DNA from: Candidatus Uhrbacteria bacterium
Lineage (GTDB): Bacteria; Patescibacteriota; Patescibacteriia; JACQRZ01
Direction: 5' to 3'
Length of the DNA: 52,880 nt
Assembly: GCA_016188385.1 (NCBI GenBank)
Contig: JACPHV010000037.1
Span: 1-52,880, forward strand
Part shown: positions 33,887 to 46,191 of the stretch, one piece after another
How positions within the stretch are numbered: the first letter of the stretch is position 1
Layout: each line of letters opens with the position of its first letter
Made by a program: the position numbers and the translations under genes
Notes under the pieces: generated by a model
Told to the model about the DNA's origin: nothing
What the model saw: the letters and a program-made list of their open reading frames with translations, nothing else
Databases searched by the model: none

Positions 33887-36800
33887 ATGACTACATCGAA
33901 GCATGATCATGCGGCGCAAGGCAGGCGGGTTTACTTCACAAAAGAGCATAATGTTATTCCACTGCCCCACTTGATTGAAGTTCAAATTGATTCCTACCGT
34001 TGGTTTTGCGAGGCGGGACTGCGTGAGCTATTTGACGAGATTTCTCCGATTCGCGATATCGCATCCAGAGATTTGGAGCTCAACTTCCATGATTTTTATT
34101 TTGATGAGCCGAAGTTCGACGAGAAGACAAGCATGTCGAAAAATTTAAGCTTTGAGACTGCTTTGTGGGTAAAGACGAAGCTGGTGAATAAACGAACCGG
34201 CGAAGAGCGCGATCAGGATATCTATCTCGGCGATTTTCCCGTAATGACGGATCGCGGCACATTCATTATTAACGGCGTGGAGCGTGTTGTGGTATCCCAG
34301 TTGATTCGGTCGGCTGGGGTATTTTTTTCATCGGAAGTATTTCGCGGGTCGGACCGCCGATATTACGGAGCGAAGATTATTCCTAATCGAGGCGCATGGC
34401 TTGAATTCGAGACCGATGAAAATAATTGCATCTGGGTAAAAATCGACCGTAAGAGAAAAGTCGCCGTCACTTCCTTACTGCGCGCTTTCGGCTATGGATC
34501 AGACGAGGAAATTGTACGGCTGTTTACATCGATAGATACCGACGAAGACCGCAGGCACATCGAAGCAACGATCGAACGTGATCTGGCAAAGACAGAAGAA
34601 GAAGGGCTTGTGGAAATCTATAAGAGAATCCGTCCCGGTGATCTCGCGACTCCTGATAACGCGCGTACGTTGATCTATGACATGTTTTTTTGGTTTGATC
34701 GGTATGATCTTGGCCGAGTCGGGCGGCATAAAATGAATCTTCGTTTTGGGCTCGACCATTCAACGAAGACAAAAGAGGGCCGCGTACTTCACAAAGAAGA
34801 TCTCGTGGCGATCATTTCTGAAATCATTTCGTACAATAATTCGCAAAAAGAACCTGATGACATTGATCACTTGGGCAATCGGCGCATCCGCGCGGTAGGT
34901 GAATTGGTTCAGAATAAATTTCGCGTCGGATTGGGGCGCATGGTGCGTATCGTGCGCGATCGCATGAGCACGCTTGATATCGATGCCATGACTCCGGCAA
35001 AATTGATCAACGCGCGGCCGGTGATCATTGCCGTAAAAGAATTTTTTATGTCATCGCAGTTATCCCAATTCATGGATCAGACAAACCCGTTGTCCGAACT
35101 TGAACATAAGCGGCGTATCTCGGCGCTCGGTCCGGGCGGTTTGAGCAGAGAGCGCGCAGGCTTTGAGGTGCGCGACGTACACCCGACCCATTATGGCCGT
35201 ATTTGCCCCATAGCTACGCCGGAAGGCCCTAATATCGGTCTCGTGGGCCACCTTGCCTCGTACGCGAGATTGAATGAATATGGGTTTATTGAAACCCCGT
35301 TCCGTACCATTGAAAAAGACACGAACTCAAAACCGATTGTCACGAAACATGTGCACTATCTTGATGCTTTCACTGAAGAACGAAACGTCACCACAGCCGC
35401 GACTACGCCTTTGGACGCGGACGGCTACTTTATCAATGATAAAGCCGAGGTTCGCAAATACGGACAGCCGGCGCTCGATCAGGTGGATAATGTCCACTAC
35501 ATGGATGTTGCTCCAAACCAAATCGTAAGCATTTCCACATCTCTTATCCCGTTTCTTGAGCATGATGACGCGGCGCGCGCTCTCATGGGCTCCAATATGC
35601 AACGCCAAGCTGTCCCGTTGGTGCGTCCGGAAGCTCCTCGCATCGGAACCGGCGTGGAAGCGCGAGTGGCGCATGATTCAGGCCGTTTGCTTATCAGCGA
35701 TACGGATGGCGTCGTTGTCGGCGTAGAGGGTGATGAGGTGACGATTCAAAAAGATGATGGCGACATCATAAACTACGCTCTTGCGAAATTTGCGCGCTCC
35801 AATGCTTCAACCTGTATCAATCAAAAAGTTCTTTGCCATAAAGGCGACCGCGTGGCGGATGGAGCTACCCTTGCTGACGGCTCATCAACGGAAAACGGAG
35901 AGCTTGCGCTCGGTCAGAATGTGCTCGTCGCCTTCATGTCCTGGGAGCTCGGAAATTACGAAGATGCTATTTTGATATCCGAGCGATTGGTGCACGATGA
36001 TCGCTTCACATCCATTCATATCGAAAATTATACTTTGGCGGTCCGTGATACAAAGCTGGGACCGGAAGTAATTACGCGCGACATACCCAATGTCGGTGAA
36101 GAAAAATTGAAAGACTTGGATGAAGATGGCGTCGTTCGCATCGGCGCTGAAGTATCTTCCGGTGATATCCTTGTCGGTAAGATCACGCCGAAGGGCGAGA
36201 CCGAGCTTTCTCCGGAGGAGAAATTGCTCCGCGCTATTTTTGGAGAAAAAGCAAAGGATACGCGTGATTCTTCCTTATATCTCGAGCACGGCGAACACGG
36301 CAAGGTAATCGATGTAAAAGTATTTTCGCGCGAAAATGGAGACAAAATGCCAGCCGGCGTAATCAAAACAGTCCAAGTGACCGTTGCGCATCTTCGCAAG
36401 ATACAGGTTGGAGATAAAATGGCCGGACGCCACGGCAACAAGGGTGTTATTTCCCGTGTTGTCTCCATGGAGGATATGCCGCATCTGGAAGACGGAACAC
36501 CGGTTGACATCGTGTTGAGTCCGCTTGGTGTTATATCGCGTATGAATCTCGGGCAGCTCCTTGAGACGCATCTCGGCCTGGCGGCTCGCGCGATGAATTT
36601 GCATATCGCAACGCCCGCTCTCGATGGAATTCCCGAAGAGGTGATTCGGGAACAATTAAGCAAAGCGGGTTTTCCAAGCGACGGGAAACTCCAATTGATC
36701 GATGGGAGGACAGGCGAACCCTTTAAGGAAAAAAGCGTAGTCGGCGTGATGTATATGATGAAGCTGATCCACATGGTGGAAGATAAAATCCATCAGCGGT

Positions 36801-37105
36801 CCATCGGTCCCTATTCTTTGATCACTCAACAACCGCTCGGGGGCAAGGCGCAATCCGGCGGACAGCGTTTCGGAGAAATGGAAGTGTGGGCGTTGGAAGC
36901 ATACGGCGCGGCCCATACCCTGCAAGAGATTCTTACGATCAAATCCGACGACATTTCTGGCCGATCAAAAGCATACGAAGCAATCATCAAGGGCGAGAAA
37001 ATAGTAAAGTCGAATGTCCCCGAAGCCTTTAACGTGCTCGTCAGAGAGCTCAAAGGGTTGGGGCTTGATGTCGAGCTGTTAAGGAGTAATCCAGAGGAGC
37101 AATAA
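33887..37105 (+). CDS. rpoB: DNA-directed RNA polymerase subunit beta
   Basis: 1072 aa with hallmark segments (LIEVQ.DSY..F, GTFIINGVERVVVSQL, NMQRQAVPL, GDKMAGRHGNKGV, GGQRFGEMEVWALEAYGA). Confidence 0.98.
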   Translation: MTTSKHDHAAQGRRVYFTKEHNVIPLPHLIEVQIDSYRWFCEAGLRELFDEISPIRDIASRDLELNFHDFYFDEPKFDEKTSMSKNLSFETALWVKTKLVNKRTGEERDQDIYLGDFPVMTDRGTFIINGVERVVVSQLIRSAGVFFSSEVFRGSDRRYYGAKIIPNRGAWLEFETDENNCIWVKIDRKRKVAVTSLLRAFGYGSDEEIVRLFTSIDTDEDRRHIEATIERDLAKTEEEGLVEIYKRIRPGDLATPDNARTLIYDMFFWFDRYDLGRVGRHKMNLRFGLDHSTKTKEGRVLHKEDLVAIISEIISYNNSQKEPDDIDHLGNRRIRAVGELVQNKFRVGLGRMVRIVRDRMSTLDIDAMTPAKLINARPVIIAVKEFFMSSQLSQFMDQTNPLSELEHKRRISALGPGGLSRERAGFEVRDVHPTHYGRICPIATPEGPNIGLVGHLASYARLNEYGFIETPFRTIEKDTNSKPIVTKHVHYLDAFTEERNVTTAATTPLDADGYFINDKAEVRKYGQPALDQVDNVHYMDVAPNQIVSISTSLIPFLEHDDAARALMGSNMQRQAVPLVRPEAPRIGTGVEARVAHDSGRLLISDTDGVVVGVEGDEVTIQKDDGDIINYALAKFARSNASTCINQKVLCHKGDRVADGATLADGSSTENGELALGQNVLVAFMSWELGNYEDAILISERLVHDDRFTSIHIENYTLAVRDTKLGPEVITRDIPNVGEEKLKDLDEDGVVRIGAEVSSGDILVGKITPKGETELSPEEKLLRAIFGEKAKDTRDSSLYLEHGEHGKVIDVKVFSRENGDKMPAGVIKTVQVTVAHLRKIQVGDKMAGRHGNKGVISRVVSMEDMPHLEDGTPVDIVLSPLGVISRMNLGQLLETHLGLAARAMNLHIATPALDGIPEEVIREQLSKAGFPSDGKLQLIDGRTGEPFKEKSVVGVMYMMKLIHMVEDKIHQRSIGPYSLITQQPLGGKAQSGGQRFGEMEVWALEAYGAAHTLQEILTIKSDDISGRSKAYEAIIKGEKIVKSNVPEAFNVLVRELKGLGLDVELLRSNPEEQ

Positions 37106-37111
37106 AAATCT

Positions 37112-40100
37112 ATGGCGCAACGCGATGAACGAAAAGATACGGTGACCGTGCAAGACTTTGACGCGATTCGACTTAAAGTGGCATCGCCCGACGATATCCA
37201 TCGCTGGTCGTATGGAGAGGTGACGCGTCCGGAAACAATCAATTACCGCACGCAGCGCCCGGAAAAAGACGGATTGTTCTCCGAACGTATCTTTGGGCCT
37301 ACGAAGGATTGGGAATGCTATTGCGGAAAATACAAAAAGATTCGATACAAAGGCATCGTATGCGATAAGTGCGGCGTTGAGGTGACGCGTTCGATCGTGC
37401 GACGCGAGCGCATGGGGCATATTGACTTGGCCGCCCCCGTTTCCCATATTTGGTTTTTGCGCGGCGTCCCTTCCAAAATCGGTCTCGCCCTTGATCTTTC
37501 AGTGCAGAATCTTGAAAAGGTAATTTATTTTGCAAGCTTCATTATTACCGATGTGAATGAAGACTTAAAAAAAGAGACGCTCGTAAGTTTACGCGAAGAA
37601 TACAAAACAAAGCGAAAGAGCATTGAACAGGAATACTCGAAAAAATTCGCCGCTCTCGGAGAAACGGAAAAAGGGAAAAAAGAGCTGGAACGCGGTCAAC
37701 AAGAAGCGTTTGCCCAACTTGACGAGCGCATGAAACTTGTTGAAGACGATCTTAAAACGCTTAAACCCTACAAGATCGTAAGCGAGCAAGCGTATCGAGA
37801 TATGTCTCTGAAATACGGCCATGTATTTGAGGCGAGCATCGGAGCCGAATCGATCCGCAAATTGCTTGAGCGCATTGATCTGAAGGCATTGGAAAAGCAT
37901 CTTGACAAGGAAGTTTCTGAAGCTCAAGGGATGAAGAAGGAGAGGTTGATACGCAGAGCAAAACTGATTAAGAGTTTTATTGCGAATAATATCCGTCCGG
38001 AATGGATGATTGCCACAAGCATTCCTATCATTCCCCCGGACTTACGGCCGATGGTCGCCCTTGATGGCGGTCGTTTTGCCACATCCGATCTCAATGATTT
38101 ATACCGGCGCGTGATCAATAGAAACAACCGTTTGAAACAGCTTGTTGAACTGAAGGCTCCGGAAGTAATCTGCCGCAATGAAAAGCGCATGCTGCAAGAA
38201 GCAGTCGATGCCCTCATCGATAATTCCGCGCGTCACGGCAAGACTGTCATTGCGTCCACGGGGAAAAAGCGCACGCTCAAATCCCTTGCCGATATGTTGA
38301 AAGGGAAACGTGGTCGTTTTCGCCAAAATTTGCTCGGCAAGCGCATTGATTATTCCGGACGCAGCGTTATCGTTGTCGGTCCGCATCTCAAGCTGCATGA
38401 ATGCGGCTTGCCCAAAACCATGGCGCTTGATTTGTTCAAACCATTCGTCATAAGCCGGCTTATTCAAAAGGAATACGTCCATAACGTGCGAAGCGCCACA
38501 CGGTTTATCGAATCAGGATGGAACGAAGTATGGGATATCCTGGAAGAGATCGTGCGCGATTCATACGTCATGCTCAATCGCGCGCCTACGCTTCATCGCC
38601 TTGGTATTCAGGCGTTTAAGCCGGTATTGATTGAGGGCAAGGCGATTCAGATTCATCCGCTTGTTTGTTCTGCGTTCAACGCGGATTTTGACGGAGATCA
38701 GATGGCGGTGCATGTGCCGCTTTCCGATGAAGCGCGCGAAGAAGCCCAAGAGTTGATGCTCGCATCGAAAAATCTTCTCAAACCCGCTACCGGCCATCCT
38801 ATTGCGATGCCAAGCCAAGACATTGTATGGGGCGCGTATTACATGACTTGGATGTCGGAAGAGCAAGAAAAACGTTCACAAGAGAACATAAAGAAATTTA
38901 CCACGGAAGAAGAACTGCTTTTAGCGCATTCCCATCAAGCGGTGAATTTAAATGAAAAAGTTATCGTGCGCCTCTCGAGTGATCTCGCGCGTCGCGCGGG
39001 AGTTGACCGACTTGAGACGACACTTGGAAGAATTTTGTTTAACAACATTTTCCCCGTGGGCCTTCCTTATTGGAATGTCAAGATCGACAAAAAGACGATG
39101 GGAGAGATCGTCAGTCTTTGTCTCGATGTATGCGGAGTGGAAGAGACGGCTCGCATCCTCGATGACATCAAGGAGGTATGCGCGCACCATCTGACGCAAT
39201 CAGGCCTTTCATTCGGCATGGATGATATTCCGTTGCTGGACGAGAAACCGGCGTTGATTAAAGAGGTTGAGAAAAAGATTGATGAAGTGCAAAGCCAATA
39301 TGAGATGGGCCTGCTGACATTTCAGGAGCGGAAGAATAAAATCATCACATTGTGGACGGAAGTGCGCGATAAAATTTCAAAGTTAAGCAAAAAAGTCTTA
39401 AAACACGGTTCATCGGTCGAGACGATTATTGATTCCGGCGCCCGAGGTACATGGGCGCAGCTCAATCAGATTATCGGCATGAAGGGCTTGTTGGCGAATC
39501 CATCCGGAGAAATTATAGAACTTGCCGTAAAAAGCAGCTTCAAAGAAGGATTGGGGGTATTGGAATATTTCATTTCTACGCATGGCGCCCGGAAAGGGTT
39601 GGTAGATACCGCCTTGAGAACATCCAATGCCGGATACCTTACGCGTCGGCTTGTTGATGTTTCGCAAGACGTTGTAATCACGGAGCAGGATTGTCAGGAT
39701 AAGGAAGGATTGGCCATAACCGCGGCGGAAGGGAAAGAAATCGATCTTGATTTTTATGATCGTCTTTTCGGCCGAGTAGCATCCGCCACCATCAAAGCGG
39801 CTGACGGCACCATACTCGTAAAGCGGAACGAGTGCATTACAAAAGAACTCGTTGTTGTGCTTCGTGAGAGCGGTATCGAGAACGCGACGATCCGCACACT
39901 ACTCACCTGTAAATCCATTCATGGCGTATGTCAAAAATGTTATGGGTATGATCCTGCTTATAACAAGCCGGTGGCGCTTGGGACGGCAGTCGGGATCATT
40001 GCAGCGCAGAGTCTGGGAGAACCGGGTACGCAGCTTACCATGCGGACGTTCCATACGGGCGGTGTTGCGGGCAGTGATATCACACAGGGTCTTCCTCGCG

Positions 40101-41068
40101 TTGAAGAATTATTTGAATCCCGCATACCGAAGGTTCGCGCGGTGATCAGCGAAGTGGCGGGGACTGTTTCCATCTCGACAAAACAGCGTTCTGTCGTGGA
40201 TGAATCCGGTAAAGAAGTGCTGAAAAGCGCTGGCGGCCAAAAAGTCGTCGCTGTTCATTATGATGCCGTCGAAGAGGATACCTATCGATTCCGGATAACG
40301 GAGCCGCCAGAAGAAGAATCCGAAGGCGTTGAAAAGACTAAAAAAAGAACGGCAAAAAAGATTCTGGTGGCGAAAGACGGTATGAGCGTTGCTGCGGGCG
40401 ATCTTCTCGCGACTGTCGGAAGCAGGGAAATCCGCGCGGAACGAGGCGGTATGGTAAAAATGAAAAAGGAATTCATTACAGTTGCCGTTGAGGCAAAAAA
40501 GATCAAAGAATATCTTGTGCCGGCAAATCGGTTCCTTTTGGCAAAAGAGGGAGAGCTGGTAGCCGCCGGAACTCCTTTGACGGAAGGAAGCCTCGATCTT
40601 CAATTGTTGTACCGGTATCGCGGTGTTGCGGAAACCCAGCGGTATATCATTCGCGAGATTCAGCGTATTTATTTCTCACAAGGACAGAAGTTGAACGATA
40701 AGCATATCGAAGTAATTGTCCGGCAAATGTTTTCCCGCGTATATGTCACCGATGCCGGCGATACGAGTCTCTTGCCCGGAGAAATCGTAGAACGATCAGA
40801 GTTCCTTGATGAAAACATACATGCCGCACAGCAGAGTAAAGAGCCGGCGAAAGGCGAGAATCTGCTCATGGGCATCACAAAGTCATCTTTGTCAACCCAG
40901 AGCTGGCTTTCGGCGGCATCATTCCAAGAAACAGCGCGCGTGCTGATCAACGCGGCAGTAACCGGTAAAGTTGATTATCTGCAAGGATTGAAAGAGAATG
41001 TAATAATCGGACGCTTGATTCCTGTCGGTACGGGATATCGCCACCATACGAACGGTAAGGAAGCGTAA
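37112..41068 (+). CDS. rpoC: DNA-directed RNA polymerase subunit beta'
   Basis: 1318 aa with a Zn-binding [23 protein letters not shown], the catalytic [12 protein letters not shown] and a trigger loop/bridge helix region. Confidence 0.98.
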   Translation: MAQRDERKDTVTVQDFDAIRLKVASPDDIHRWSYGEVTRPETINYRTQRPEKDGLFSERIFGPTKDWECYCGKYKKIRYKGIVCDKCGVEVTRSIVRRERMGHIDLAAPVSHIWFLRGVPSKIGLALDLSVQNLEKVIYFASFIITDVNEDLKKETLVSLREEYKTKRKSIEQEYSKKFAALGETEKGKKELERGQQEAFAQLDERMKLVEDDLKTLKPYKIVSEQAYRDMSLKYGHVFEASIGAESIRKLLERIDLKALEKHLDKEVSEAQGMKKERLIRRAKLIKSFIANNIRPEWMIATSIPIIPPDLRPMVALDGGRFATSDLNDLYRRVINRNNRLKQLVELKAPEVICRNEKRMLQEAVDALIDNSARHGKTVIASTGKKRTLKSLADMLKGKRGRFRQNLLGKRIDYSGRSVIVVGPHLKLHECGLPKTMALDLFKPFVISRLIQKEYVHNVRSATRFIESGWNEVWDILEEIVRDSYVMLNRAPTLHRLGIQAFKPVLIEGKAIQIHPLVCSAFNADFDGDQMAVHVPLSDEAREEAQELMLASKNLLKPATGHPIAMPSQDIVWGAYYMTWMSEEQEKRSQENIKKFTTEEELLLAHSHQAVNLNEKVIVRLSSDLARRAGVDRLETTLGRILFNNIFPVGLPYWNVKIDKKTMGEIVSLCLDVCGVEETARILDDIKEVCAHHLTQSGLSFGMDDIPLLDEKPALIKEVEKKIDEVQSQYEMGLLTFQERKNKIITLWTEVRDKISKLSKKVLKHGSSVETIIDSGARGTWAQLNQIIGMKGLLANPSGEIIELAVKSSFKEGLGVLEYFISTHGARKGLVDTALRTSNAGYLTRRLVDVSQDVVITEQDCQDKEGLAITAAEGKEIDLDFYDRLFGRVASATIKAADGTILVKRNECITKELVVVLRESGIENATIRTLLTCKSIHGVCQKCYGYDPAYNKPVALGTAVGIIAAQSLGEPGTQLTMRTFHTGGVAGSDITQGLPRVEELFESRIPKVRAVISEVAGTVSISTKQRSVVDESGKEVLKSAGGQKVVAVHYDAVEEDTYRFRITEPPEEESEGVEKTKKRTAKKILVAKDGMSVAAGDLLATVGSREIRAERGGMVKMKKEFITVAVEAKKIKEYLVPANRFLLAKEGELVAAGTPLTEGSLDLQLLYRYRGVAETQRYIIREIQRIYFSQGQKLNDKHIEVIVRQMFSRVYVTDAGDTSLLPGEIVERSEFLDENIHAAQQSKEPAKGENLLMGITKSSLSTQSWLSAASFQETARVLINAAVTGKVDYLQGLKENVIIGRLIPVGTGYRHHTNGKEA

Positions 41069-41087
41069 GATTTGGTGAACGGTGTGA

Positions 41088-41127
41088 CTGGGGTTTAGGA
41101 GCCTTTTTGTTCTAACCCCAGTTTTTA
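41088..41127 (+). terminator. Rho-independent terminator after rpoC
   Basis: Stem CTGGGGTT(T)AG/CTAACCCCAG followed by TTTTTA. Confidence 0.7.
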
Positions 41128-41128
41128 T

Positions 41129-41136
41129 AGTATACT
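41129..41136 (+). promoter_or_regulatory. AGTATACT (-10-like) element 8 nt upstream of the ftsK ATG (possible leaderless mRNA)
   Basis: Seen in the sequence. There is no SD between it and the ATG at 41145. Confidence 0.3.
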
Positions 41137-41144
41137 GTACGAGT

Positions 41145-43337
41145 ATGTCTCAAAATGGAAAAAGGAAAAAAATACAAAAAACAGGGAAAGATTGGAACGT
41201 GATGAAGAAATTTTGGAATGAACTCACACCGGAAGTGCGCCAGGGGATACAGGCGATTGTTTTTGTGACAGGAGGAATTCTTTTCTTTTTGAGTCTTGCG
41301 GGCGCTGCCGGTCCGGCTGGCGAAGCGATTACGAACGGGCTTGCGTTTTTATTCGGGTCATCACGTGTGGTATTCCCACTTCTTTTGATAGTGTGGGGGG
41401 CTGGTTTGTTTCGGTATCGTCAACAATACCGCCTGTCCTGGATCGCTTTATTCGGCGCTATCCTGTTTTTATTTTCATTTACCGCATTCTGGCATCTTGG
41501 ATTTGCATTGGATGATTCATGGCGATTGGCGCAAGAGGGAACGGGCGGGGGCGTGATAGGATTTTTTCTCGCCTATTCGCTGAAAAGCAGTGTGGGTTTC
41601 TGGGGAGCGATTCTGTTTCTCATCGCTTTCTCGCTTATGGGTTTGCTGATCGCTTTGAACATTTCTCTGGAGGCATTTTTGCGTGCTGTTGCCCATATTC
41701 CGATCATTGTTGTGCGTTTCGTTTCAAAAAAACCGTTTTATCCGGCATCCGGCCGTGTTCAATTTGATGAAAAGAAGGAGCCGGAAAAAGTTGAATTTGA
41801 AAAAAAGCATATCCATGAGCCTCGATCCGATGAACGTGAAAGCGCGGAAGAAGAAAAGACCGCCGGACAGATGCCTGCGCTCCAGATTCTTTCGCCAAAA
41901 GTAAAAACAATGACGCAATTGTCACTCGATTTATTGGAGCGGACGAATTCACAGCCAACGAGCGGTGATATCCGCGCCAATAAAATTATTATCGCGAAAA
42001 CGCTGGAAAATTTTGGTATTCCGGTAGAGATGGGGGAGGTAAACGTAGGACCGAGCGTCACACAGTACACTCTCAAGCCAGCCGAGGGCGTGAAGCTCTC
42101 TTCTCTCATCGCGCTCCATAATGATTTGGCTCTCGCGCTTGCCGCTCATCCCGTACGCATTGAAGCGCCGATTCCGGGAAAATCATTGGTAGGTATCGAG
42201 GTCCGCAATCAAAAAATCGCTCGTGTTTCTATGCGCGAAGTGCTGGAATCGGAAGAATTCAAAAAACGACCAAGCAATCTTTCCGTCGTACTCGGTAAAG
42301 ATGTAAGCGGTCGCACGCGTATCGCTAGCCTGGTTTCAATGCCTCATCTCTTGATTGCCGGGTCGACCGGTTCGGGAAAAACAGTATGCATCAACAGTAT
42401 CATCGTGAGTTTTCTCTATCAAAACGGGCCCGATTATTTGCGCTTTATCATGGTTGATCCCAAGCGAGTTGAGTTGCCATGCTACAACGGCATCCCTCAT
42501 CTGTTAACCCCCGTTATTACAGATGTGAAAAAAGCCCTTCACGCGCTCCGGTGGGCGATCGCTGAAATGGAACGGCGTTTCGATATGCTGTCGCGCGCCG
42601 GGAAACGTGATTTGGCTTCGTATAATGCGCATGCCGCCGAGAAGATGCCCTACATCGTAGTCATCATCGATGAGCTCGCGGATATTATGGTGACGGCAGG
42701 GGTTGAAGCGGAAAGCCTGATCATCCGCCTCGCGCAGATGGCGCGTGCTGTCGGGATTCATTTGATCCTTGCCACGCAACGGCCATCCGTTGATGTGATT
42801 ACGGGATTGATTAAGGCGAATATCACCGCGCGCATCGCGTTTTCCGTAGCGTCGCAAATGGATTCGCGCACTATTCTTGATACATCCGGAGCGGAGAAAT
42901 TACTTGGGCGCGGCGATATGCTTTTTGTCTCCTCGGATCTTTCCAAGCCCGTGCGTTTACAGGGCGTATATTTGAGCGATTCCGAGATCGAGCGTGTTGT
43001 GAACTCGATGAAAGCAGCCGCCGGAGATGTAGAATACGACGAACAGATCACAACATACCGCAGTGATCCGCTCGACGGAGGCAGTACGGGCGATGAAGAT
43101 GGCAGTGATGAATTATTATCTGACGCGAAAGAAGTTATTGTGCAGGCTGGCAAGGCGTCAGCATCGCTCCTGCAGCGCAGATTGCGGATCGGATACGCGC
43201 GCGCGGCCCGCATTCTGGACCTCCTGGAAGGCCAGGGGTTCATCGGTCCCGCTGACGGCGCGCGTCCCCGTGAGATTTTGGAACGTGATTCACATACAGG
43301 GGAAGACGATGACTCTTCTTCACCACTCCCCCTGTAA
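41145..43337 (+). CDS. ftsK: DNA translocase FtsK/SpoIIIE
   Basis: N-terminal TM helices, a linker, a motor domain with Walker A GSTGSGKT and Walker B VVIIDELAD, and a gamma-domain winged helix (LLQRRLRIGYARAARILDLLE). Confidence 0.95.
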   Translation: MSQNGKRKKIQKTGKDWNVMKKFWNELTPEVRQGIQAIVFVTGGILFFLSLAGAAGPAGEAITNGLAFLFGSSRVVFPLLLIVWGAGLFRYRQQYRLSWIALFGAILFLFSFTAFWHLGFALDDSWRLAQEGTGGGVIGFFLAYSLKSSVGFWGAILFLIAFSLMGLLIALNISLEAFLRAVAHIPIIVVRFVSKKPFYPASGRVQFDEKKEPEKVEFEKKHIHEPRSDERESAEEEKTAGQMPALQILSPKVKTMTQLSLDLLERTNSQPTSGDIRANKIIIAKTLENFGIPVEMGEVNVGPSVTQYTLKPAEGVKLSSLIALHNDLALALAAHPVRIEAPIPGKSLVGIEVRNQKIARVSMREVLESEEFKKRPSNLSVVLGKDVSGRTRIASLVSMPHLLIAGSTGSGKTVCINSIIVSFLYQNGPDYLRFIMVDPKRVELPCYNGIPHLLTPVITDVKKALHALRWAIAEMERRFDMLSRAGKRDLASYNAHAAEKMPYIVVIIDELADIMVTAGVEAESLIIRLAQMARAVGIHLILATQRPSVDVITGLIKANITARIAFSVASQMDSRTILDTSGAEKLLGRGDMLFVSSDLSKPVRLQGVYLSDSEIERVVNSMKAAAGDVEYDEQITTYRSDPLDGGSTGDEDGSDELLSDAKEVIVQAGKASASLLQRRLRIGYARAARILDLLEGQGFIGPADGARPREILERDSHTGEDDDSSSPLPL

Positions 43338-43466
43338 TAATGAGACGGAATCTATGTTTACCAGCCTCAATAATACTTTTGCTCTCTTAACGTATCCACT
43401 TGTACTTCTTACGCCATTTTTGTAAGATGTGCTTATTACTTGAAGAGAGGTTTCATAATAAGCCGT

Positions 43467-44192
43467 ATGGTGCAATTTAGCAGGAAATCGGTTTTGATCC
43501 CTAGCTCTGTCGGCGCCAAACTTTCTTCTGCTCGTGAAGCATGGGGCATGACGAGAGAAGATGTGTCGGCCGCATTACTCATTCCGACTGTACAGTTAGA
43601 GCGCATTGAACAGAGTGATTTTTCCTGTGCGCCGGAAACGGTATATCATGAACACAGTATCAAGGCCTACGCAATGTATCTCGGACTTGATTGGGATTCC
43701 TTGCGTTCAGAGTATCAAAAGGAACGGCAGGTGTTCCATCCTTCAGCCGACCGCCATGGCGGCATGACCGGTTCTCCGCTTCGCCGGTCGTCATTCTGGG
43801 TCGTTCCGCGCATAGCCCGCAACGGCATGTTGGGTGCCCTTGCCGTCGCTACATTTTCTTATCTCGCGTTTCTTGGATATCAGATGGTGCGCCCTCCGCA
43901 TCTCCAGATCGTCAGCCCCAGCAATAATGCCTTGAGCGCCGTTGATACGATTGAAGTAGCGGGATATACCGAACGTGACGCGCGGATTTTGATCAACGGA
44001 GAGCGGATCACGAAAGGAATCGACGGTGAATTTCGGCAAGTAATCGGATTACGGGAAGGGGTTAACGTCATTCAAGTGACCGCGGAAAAAAAATTCGGAA
44101 CCATATCGAAAGAATCTCGAACAGTAATATTTAGTGAAGAGCCGTTTGGCGCCGGCAATGGAATTCGAAAGACGACGGGGTATAAATTTTAA
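43467..44192 (+). CDS. HTH (XRE-like) domain, single TM helix and extracytoplasmic beta-rich domain; RodZ-like architecture
   Basis: N-terminal HTH ([22 protein letters not shown]), a TM helix ([18 protein letters not shown]) and a C-terminal Ig-like segment. Start uncertain (43440 TTG or 43467 ATG). Confidence 0.6.
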   Translation: MVQFSRKSVLIPSSVGAKLSSAREAWGMTREDVSAALLIPTVQLERIEQSDFSCAPETVYHEHSIKAYAMYLGLDWDSLRSEYQKERQVFHPSADRHGGMTGSPLRRSSFWVVPRIARNGMLGALAVATFSYLAFLGYQMVRPPHLQIVSPSNNALSAVDTIEVAGYTERDARILINGERITKGIDGEFRQVIGLREGVNVIQVTAEKKFGTISKESRTVIFSEEPFGAGNGIRKTTGYKF

Positions 44193-44203
44193 CAGCACTC
44201 ACT

Positions 44204-45301
44204 ATGCCAAAACTTGATACAGATACGTTTGACCGCACGACGGATAAGGAGCGGACGCGCGCCATTGCCGAAGCAATTGATCAGATCAGAGATCGATTCG
44301 GTTCAGGATCGATCATGAAGCTCGGGGAGGCAAAACGCATGAACGTGCAGACTGTTTCAACAGGAGTATTGAGCGTTGATTTGGCGGTAGGGGTCGGAGG
44401 GTTTCCTCGCGGCCGTATTATCGAGATATACGGACCTGAATCGTCAGGGAAAACAACGCTTGCCCAGCATGCGATCGCGGAGGTTCAAAAGATCGGAGGA
44501 CTTGCGGCATTCGTTGATGCGGAACACGCGCTTGATCCGGAGTATGCGCGCCGACTTGGTATCAATGTCAACGAGTTATTGATTTCACAACCGGATAACG
44601 GCGAGCAAGCGCTTGAAATAGTCGAGACGCTCGTGAGATCGAACGCGGTAGACATTATTGTTATTGATTCGGTGGCGGCGCTCGCTCCTAAAGCAGAGAT
44701 TGAAGGCGAGATGGGAGACAGCCACATGGGTCTTCAAGCGCGGCTCATGAGCCAAGCGCTCCGTAAATTGACAGCGATCGTAAGCAAGACAAAAACGATC
44801 GTTATCTTTATTAATCAGACTCGGCAAAAAATCGGCGTCTTTTTTGGCAATCCGGAAACAACGACCGGTGGAAACGCCTTGAAATTTTATTCATCCATCA
44901 GGATCGAGGTGCGCAAGGCCGCCCAAATAAAGCTCGGAGACAAAGTGATCGGCGGCCGCGTAAAGGTTAAGGTGGTGAAGAATAAAGTAGCGCCTCCGTT
45001 TCAGACAACCGAATTTGACATCATGTACAACGAAGGCATTTCAATAGCAGGCGATCTATTGGATACCGGCGTGACGCATAAAGTTCTTGTCAAAAGCGGC
45101 AATACGTACTCGTTTGGCGACACGAAGCTTGGCGTCGGGCGAGAAAACGCAAAGCAATTCCTAAAAGGCAATCAAGCGTGCCTTCATCAAATACGCGATG
45201 AGGTCATGCGTGTGACGGGCGCGGTTGCAAACGATGGGGCGGACAGTGCTTTGATCCCGGAAGAAAAAGCAGAACCGGTTGAAACAGCGGCGGCTGTATA
45301 A
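44204..45301 (+). CDS. recA: Recombinase RecA
   Basis: [10 protein letters not shown], Walker [21 protein letters not shown] and VIDSVAAL. Confidence 0.98.
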   Translation: MPKLDTDTFDRTTDKERTRAIAEAIDQIRDRFGSGSIMKLGEAKRMNVQTVSTGVLSVDLAVGVGGFPRGRIIEIYGPESSGKTTLAQHAIAEVQKIGGLAAFVDAEHALDPEYARRLGINVNELLISQPDNGEQALEIVETLVRSNAVDIIVIDSVAALAPKAEIEGEMGDSHMGLQARLMSQALRKLTAIVSKTKTIVIFINQTRQKIGVFFGNPETTTGGNALKFYSSIRIEVRKAAQIKLGDKVIGGRVKVKVVKNKVAPPFQTTEFDIMYNEGISIAGDLLDTGVTHKVLVKSGNTYSFGDTKLGVGRENAKQFLKGNQACLHQIRDEVMRVTGAVANDGADSALIPEEKAEPVETAAAV

Positions 45302-45359
45302 GGAATGCGCAACGAGGGCGTGTCTCCGAGGATTAAAGCAGTCTCTGTGGCGTGGATCT

Positions 45360-45926
45360 TCACACCCGTTCTACATATTCCAGCGAATCCGTGTTGATGC
45401 GAATAGTGTCTCCTTCTTTAATAAAGAGAGGGACATTCAACATGAGCCCTGTTTCCAGAGTCACGGCTTTGGTGACATTTGAAGCCGAATCCCCTTTGAT
45501 CGGGGGAGGGGCGCTTGTCACTTTGAGGTCAATTTTTGGAGGCAGATGTACTGTGAGAGGAGCATCGTGAAAAAATACGATATCAGCAGTCATTCCTTCT
45601 TGTAAAAGCCCTTTTCTATCACTGAGGGCTCCATTGGGGACAGCAATCTGGTCATAGCTTGAGCTGTCCATGAAATGCACTTCGTTCTCGTCTGAATATA
45701 AATACGTCGCTTTTCTTTTCTCGAGCTCGGCTTCTTCTATCGAGTCGCCGGGCTTAAAATTAATCTCAAGCACCTTCCCTGTTTTGAGGTGGCGCATTTT
45801 TGTCTGCATAACCGGCTTCCTCTGCTGCATGCGTACAAAATTCGCGGTTTGTACCTGATAGGGTTCGCCGTTATAGATTATGGTGAGCCCGACTTTGATT
45901 GAGTTAAGAGAAGGCAATACCGCCAT
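45360..45926 (-). CDS. efp: Translation elongation factor P
   Basis: 188 aa with three-domain EF-P patterns (GLTIIYNGEPYQV, ..FMD..SYDQI.., ..V.LETG..L.VPLFI..GD.I.I.T..GEY..R). Confidence 0.9.
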   Translation of the reverse strand: MAVLPSLNSIKVGLTIIYNGEPYQVQTANFVRMQQRKPVMQTKMRHLKTGKVLEINFKPGDSIEEAELEKRKATYLYSDENEVHFMDSSSYDQIAVPNGALSDRKGLLQEGMTADIVFFHDAPLTVHLPPKIDLKVTSAPPPIKGDSASNVTKAVTLETGLMLNVPLFIKEGDTIRINTDSLEYVERV

Positions 45927-45932
45927 AGGAAG

Positions 45933-46172
45933 CTATTGGATCGAGAAAGGCAATAATGCCATGATGCGGGCTCGTTTTATGGCATGCGCCAATTTGCGTT
46001 GATGTTTTGCGCAACAGCCGCTGCGTTTGCGCGGGGCGATTTTGCCGTAGGATGAAATAAATCGTTTCAAAAGATTAATGTCTTTATAATCGGCGTCATT
46101 GACTGCGTTTTTGCAAAAATAGCAATCACGAGGCTGTTGGCGGATGCGCCGCTGGGATGTCCGTAGTGCCAT
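45933..46172 (-). CDS. rpsR: 30S ribosomal protein S18
   Basis: 79 aa: CYFCKN....[39 protein letters not shown]. Internal ATG at 46172. Confidence 0.9.
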   Translation of the reverse strand: MALRTSQRRIRQQPRDCYFCKNAVNDADYKDINLLKRFISSYGKIAPRKRSGCCAKHQRKLAHAIKRARIMALLPFSIQ

Positions 46173-46191
46173 ATTATTTAGTTCCAAGTCC

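Noticed and set aside
36028-36774. 248-aa minus-strand ORF, plus other 100-160-aa ORFs antisense to rpoB/rpoC
   Set aside because: They are embedded in the strongly supported rpoB/rpoC frames and have no recognisable motifs.
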